Positions 59,808 through 64,000 of a stretch of DNA of 64,000 nucleotides are shown one piece after another. Made by a program: the position numbers and the translations under genes. Location: assembly GCF_001194135.2 (NCBI RefSeq), contig NC_068981.1, positions 156,776,593 through 156,840,592 of the forward strand, written 5' to 3'. Position 1 is the stretch's first letter, and every line of letters starts with the position of its first letter. Below the pieces are notes generated by a model. The model saw only the letters and a program-made list of their open reading frames with translations. It searched no databases and was not told the origin of the DNA. This DNA is from Octopus bimaculoides. Taxonomy: Eukaryota.

Positions 59808-61914
59808 TATTTATGATTATTTTTTTTTATGAATGACTGCATGTTTAAAGCTAATCCGATACTAGGAATATACCCATGATCCACAACACTTTAAATTTAA
59901 GAAAGTCGAATGACAATTTTAAACACCCAAATTTACTTCATTTTTATCGAATGCTATTAAGTAGACTTACTGTTCTCTTTTTCTATTTCGAAAGATTAAA
60001 TTCGTCATACAATTATTGGGATTTATTTATTTTCTTCCGTATTTATAAAATCAGTTGGGTGAGCTATTACTGTTTTTTATTGATATATCATAAAAACCGG
60101 AATGTTAACCATCACGTTAGGGGGTTTAAATAAGTAAGGGATAGTTTATAATGCACTATTTTTGCCTAAAATTTATGCTGTTAAGCAAAGTTGCAGCGCG
60201 AATAACAAGTCTAAATTAATAGAATAACATTTTAAACATTACACTACAAAAACAAATTTACATTATGATAGGCTTGTGTAAGGCGTTGAACTGGCAGAAT
60301 CATTAGCTCGCCGAACAAAATGCGACTTCTCGCTCGTAAAAACTACTGGTGCAGTTTCAGAAATTTTCAACCATTGTATTAGGTTTGTGCATCAGGAGAA
60401 AATAGTTAGCTGGTGCATCTTCGTTGCTAAAGTAATCATACCATATTTTAGCCAATTTGTGCAATATACCTTATAAGTTTTGCTTTTTTATGTTTTGTCT
60501 GAAGTTAAACGAGGAGGGGTCCACCATATGCGTATGGATCGGGGAAGCAGGAAAGCAACTGCCCTCTGAGGTTAGGACAAAAATAATGAGAATAATTCGA
60601 GCGAACCAAGAAGAAAAGATATTAGGCAAAGAAGACAAATTAGCAATGATATTAAAAATTAATTGCCTGCTAATGATTAGTTAAAATTATTGATAAACAA
60701 TAAGTTTAAATTTGTCCTCATTCATCTTTTTCTGATTTCAGATATAGAAGAATTAAACAAGTGTTCTTTCATTAAGTTAAACCTTTCTTGCATCTTAGTT
60801 TCCTTTTTATACATTAAAAACGTTTCCTGGGGTTTCCAATCTTTCTGCATTTAATCTCTTATGTAACAGTATTTGAATAACTTCTGAATATGGAAAGTCG
60901 AGAATGCTTTCTCCAAAATATATTTGTAGTAATGTCAATCAGTACTATGTGATTAGTTCCCCCAGTACATGTTCTGACCTTGACCGACAACGAATACAAA
61001 TTATGTACAGCAAATCTCATTATGGAGAAAGACGCAAAGGATTTCACGTCAACGCATCAAATGTGCAGAATGCGGCGAGCAAACAGACTCTGATTACAAA
61101 AGAAAATAAGTAGATATTGTCCATGCCAGCCAGACTGTGACTTTTACATTAGTGCGCGAACAGATACCGAGCTCCAGATAAAAAAGTGAACATTGGGCGC
61201 CAAAGAGTTCAGATAGGGAGAAAAGGACTGATAACACTGGGGAACATGGTTTTTGCTGTCTGATGTTGGAGACATATTTCCTAGTAATTTGTGGGTGCTG
61301 ATTTCAAAAATGAAATCCATTTTGCTCTATCACGTCAAGATTTTTCACAAACTCAAATGTTCCTTTTTCAACATTTTCGGTATTGTCGCCATTTTTAAGG
61401 ATAGGTTTGGCTTTATCAAATGTAGACCCATATATGGAGCTTGAAATAACTGTGAAAATATAGTTCCTCAATATCGTTTAAAATAAATGTAACTACAAAA
61501 ATGAAAACAAAAGTCATGATTTAAGCATCTTCAGTAAATGAAAAACATCAAACTTTCACTATTTTCAATCTAACTAGTTTAAAATGTCATGACGATAGCA
61601 GAAATGTCCTTTATACAATTAGATAATAAACATCAAATTTCTGTTGTTCTTGACATCATACGTATCTCATACCTATGGAATTTGTCAGTTGATATGTCCA
61701 CGCTATGCTTGATTTATTGAGACTATCATTGCAAACCAGATGAGATATACCTTATTGAACCTTTAACAATTTCTTATGAAAATTAGTATATTGAATGCGT
61801 ATATCTATATGTTGTTGAATTCATCCCCTTTGTGCCCTGTTTATTTGTTTACAAACGTTATAACTAGATGACTATGGGATTCATTATTATTTTATAATAT
61901 TAGAAGAAATAACT

Positions 61915-62112
61915 CTTTCTATTATAGGCACGAGGCCTGGAATTTTGTGGCGAGAGGCCTTGTCAAAATACATCGATTCCAATACTTCACTGGTACTTTA
62001 TTTTATCGACCCAGAAAATTTGAAAGGCAAAGTCGACCTCGGCAGAATTCCTACTCAGAACTTCAAGTCGGACGAAATGCCACTAAGCATTTTGTCCAGC
62101 GTGCTAACAATT
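61915..62112 (-). mobile_element. SINE family B
   Basis: Reverse complement of the 59596 copy. Confidence 0.8.
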
Positions 62113-62659
62113 TGAAAAAACACTGATTTGGGCTACAATATAAGAATATTTGTCGAATAATAGAGGTAACGTCATCCTTAGAAAGTCCTAAACTACAGAA
62201 ACCTCTAGAATAACGCGTGGCAAAACTACGTAACATCACTTGCAACGTTCTTTTGGTTAACAAACTATTCTATCTGCAACGTCATGGTGAAGGTGCAGTA
62301 GCATAGCTCTGACTCAAGGAAGAAAATTGTCTGCCAGTAGAAAGGGAAAGGGTAAGGAGTGTACGAGAACAGAGTGGTGACATTTAGTAGAGATGACCCA
62401 GAAGTTGATCCTCTTCGATTGCAATCGCAAACAGCAGTAGCTTTCTTCAACTGCATACACGTCGCTGATTGGTTAAAATTAACCAAATACGACAACTTTA
62501 ACACGAAATAACTTCTAAAATACAAAACTTTGTCCAAAATGTTCAAAGTAAACCGTGTTCTGCGTGAGAAATTACACCAGTATACGAAGTTTCAAACTGT
62601 TTAGTTAAAAACAAAATTAATTAAAAAATCTGTGAGCTAAACTGAACAGATCCAGAATT

Positions 62660-63535
62660 TTCAGTATGGCTAGATCAACATAATCGTGAAGCATCGAGAT
62701 AGTGGTCTGTTAGAGAACAAGAGTGGATGCAGCAGAAAGAGCGAATGTTAATCAAAGTGGTCAACATTGGTCCTATAATGCATCGATAAAAGCTAGTTTC
62801 ACAGCTATCGGGGTTCATGCTTCAAAGTCAATGATTATTCGAACTCTCAATAGATGTGGCTTGAAGATGTGCTTTCCCCAGAAGACGCCAGTTTTAAAGA
62901 AGAAACACTTAACTACTCATTTGAAGTTCGAAAGGTACTTTTTGAAGAAACCTGAACGATTTTGGCATTCTGTTTTGTGGTCTATCGAAGCCAAATTTGG
63001 GGTATTCGGTCACAAACGACAGAACTACCGCTTGGAGGAAAAGACGGGAAGCTTACAATCCATACAATCAAACACGGGGAAGGAAGCATAATGCTGTGAA
63101 GCTGTTTTTCTGCTAAAGGCATTGGAAAATTAATTCGAATTGGAGATACGATGAGAAAGGAAAATTATCTCGATGTTTTGAATGAAAACCTGAAGTCATT
63201 GAAACAACTGGGATTAGGTCACCTTTGGACCTTCATGCAGAGCAATGATCCCAAACATACCATACCTTTAATCCAAAATTGGTTGATAGGAAACAAAGTA
63301 GATGTACTCCCGTGGCCAGCTCAAAGTCCTGATTTAAACCCGATAGAAAACTGATGGCGGGCGCTAAAGAAATGAGTGAAAGTAAGAAGGCTGTCTAATT
63401 TGAAGCAGCTAAAAGAATATGCGATTGAAGAGTGAGTTAAGATCCCTTCTGATCTGCCCTAGGAGCTATTTGAAAACTACCCTCGCAATATGAATAAAGT
63501 TATTAAGCATAAAGGATACACTATTGATCGAAAGT
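62660..63535 (+). mobile_element. Decayed Tc1-family (DD34E) transposase
   Basis: IIRTLNRCGLK...KTPVLKKKH...VLWSIEAKF (WSDE mutated)...FMQSNDPKHT...WPAQSPDLNPIEN*W...VIKHKGYTIDRK. Confidence 0.88.
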
Positions 63536-64000
63536 CCTCATCGAAAGTTGTAGAGGTGCCACTTATTTTCTTTTTCTGTTTTGCTCCTTAAAATAAACTA
63601 TTTAGGAAACTTAATTTTTGTACGGTGTTCTTTAAACAACAGTGCCTACATTTACCAAAAATTATTTATGTAGACACTGACTTTAGCAGAAAATTCAATA
63701 AAAAGTCATTTTTGACAAGGGGCTGGCCGCCCACACTTTTTTCTGCAAAATAGGGGTAGTTTACCCTGTTCATGCTATATTATTAGCATTATCCTGCGTT
63801 TGAGAATTTAAAATTACTTCTTTAACTTTCTAAGACATCTCAACGCTTCTAAAAGCAAACTTCGTTTGTTTGTTTGTTGCCAAGCAAACATACGAACTTA
63901 CTTCGTCCCGCTTCCTTCCAGTTCGTTGCTTCACAGCGTTCAATGTACACATAATTTTTCACGTCTGGCTGTATAGCTTTTTCCGTTTGTTTTCCTGTCT

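Noticed and set aside
61130-61560. Possible MITE-like DNA element (GGGTGCTGATTTCAAAAATGAAATCC)
   Set aside because: It looks repeat-like, but no TIR pair or second copy is identifiable in this window.

Overview
AT-rich animal genomic DNA from a gapped draft scaffold with 8 N-gaps, most flanked by microsatellites. The repeat families (tRNA-derived SINEs, Dong/R4, RTE and Tx1 LINEs, mariner/Tc1, hAT, Helitron) suggest an octopod cephalopod (Octopus); this is an inference. One convincing host gene lies on the minus strand: a secreted angiopoietin-like/fibrinogen-related protein of about 457 aa. I reconstructed it by hand from two phase-compatible coding exons, 48170-48911 (signal peptide, Cys motif, coiled coil) and 5212-5843 (whole fibrinogen C-terminal domain), separated by a 42.3-kb GT-AG intron. 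The rest is mostly decayed transposable elements and simple repeats. The most unusual object is a 371-bp insertion at 22776-23146 with an 11-bp target-site duplication. It joins a tRNA-type Pol III promoter (A and B boxes) to a minimal type-I hammerhead ribozyme and carries an inverted partial copy of itself, so it resembles a retrozyme or the Schistosoma Sm-alpha element. A second, sequence-unrelated hammerhead-like motif lies at 15553-15591. No CRISPR arrays, rRNA genes or genuine tRNA genes were found. TE family names come from manual translation and recalled motifs, not database searches.
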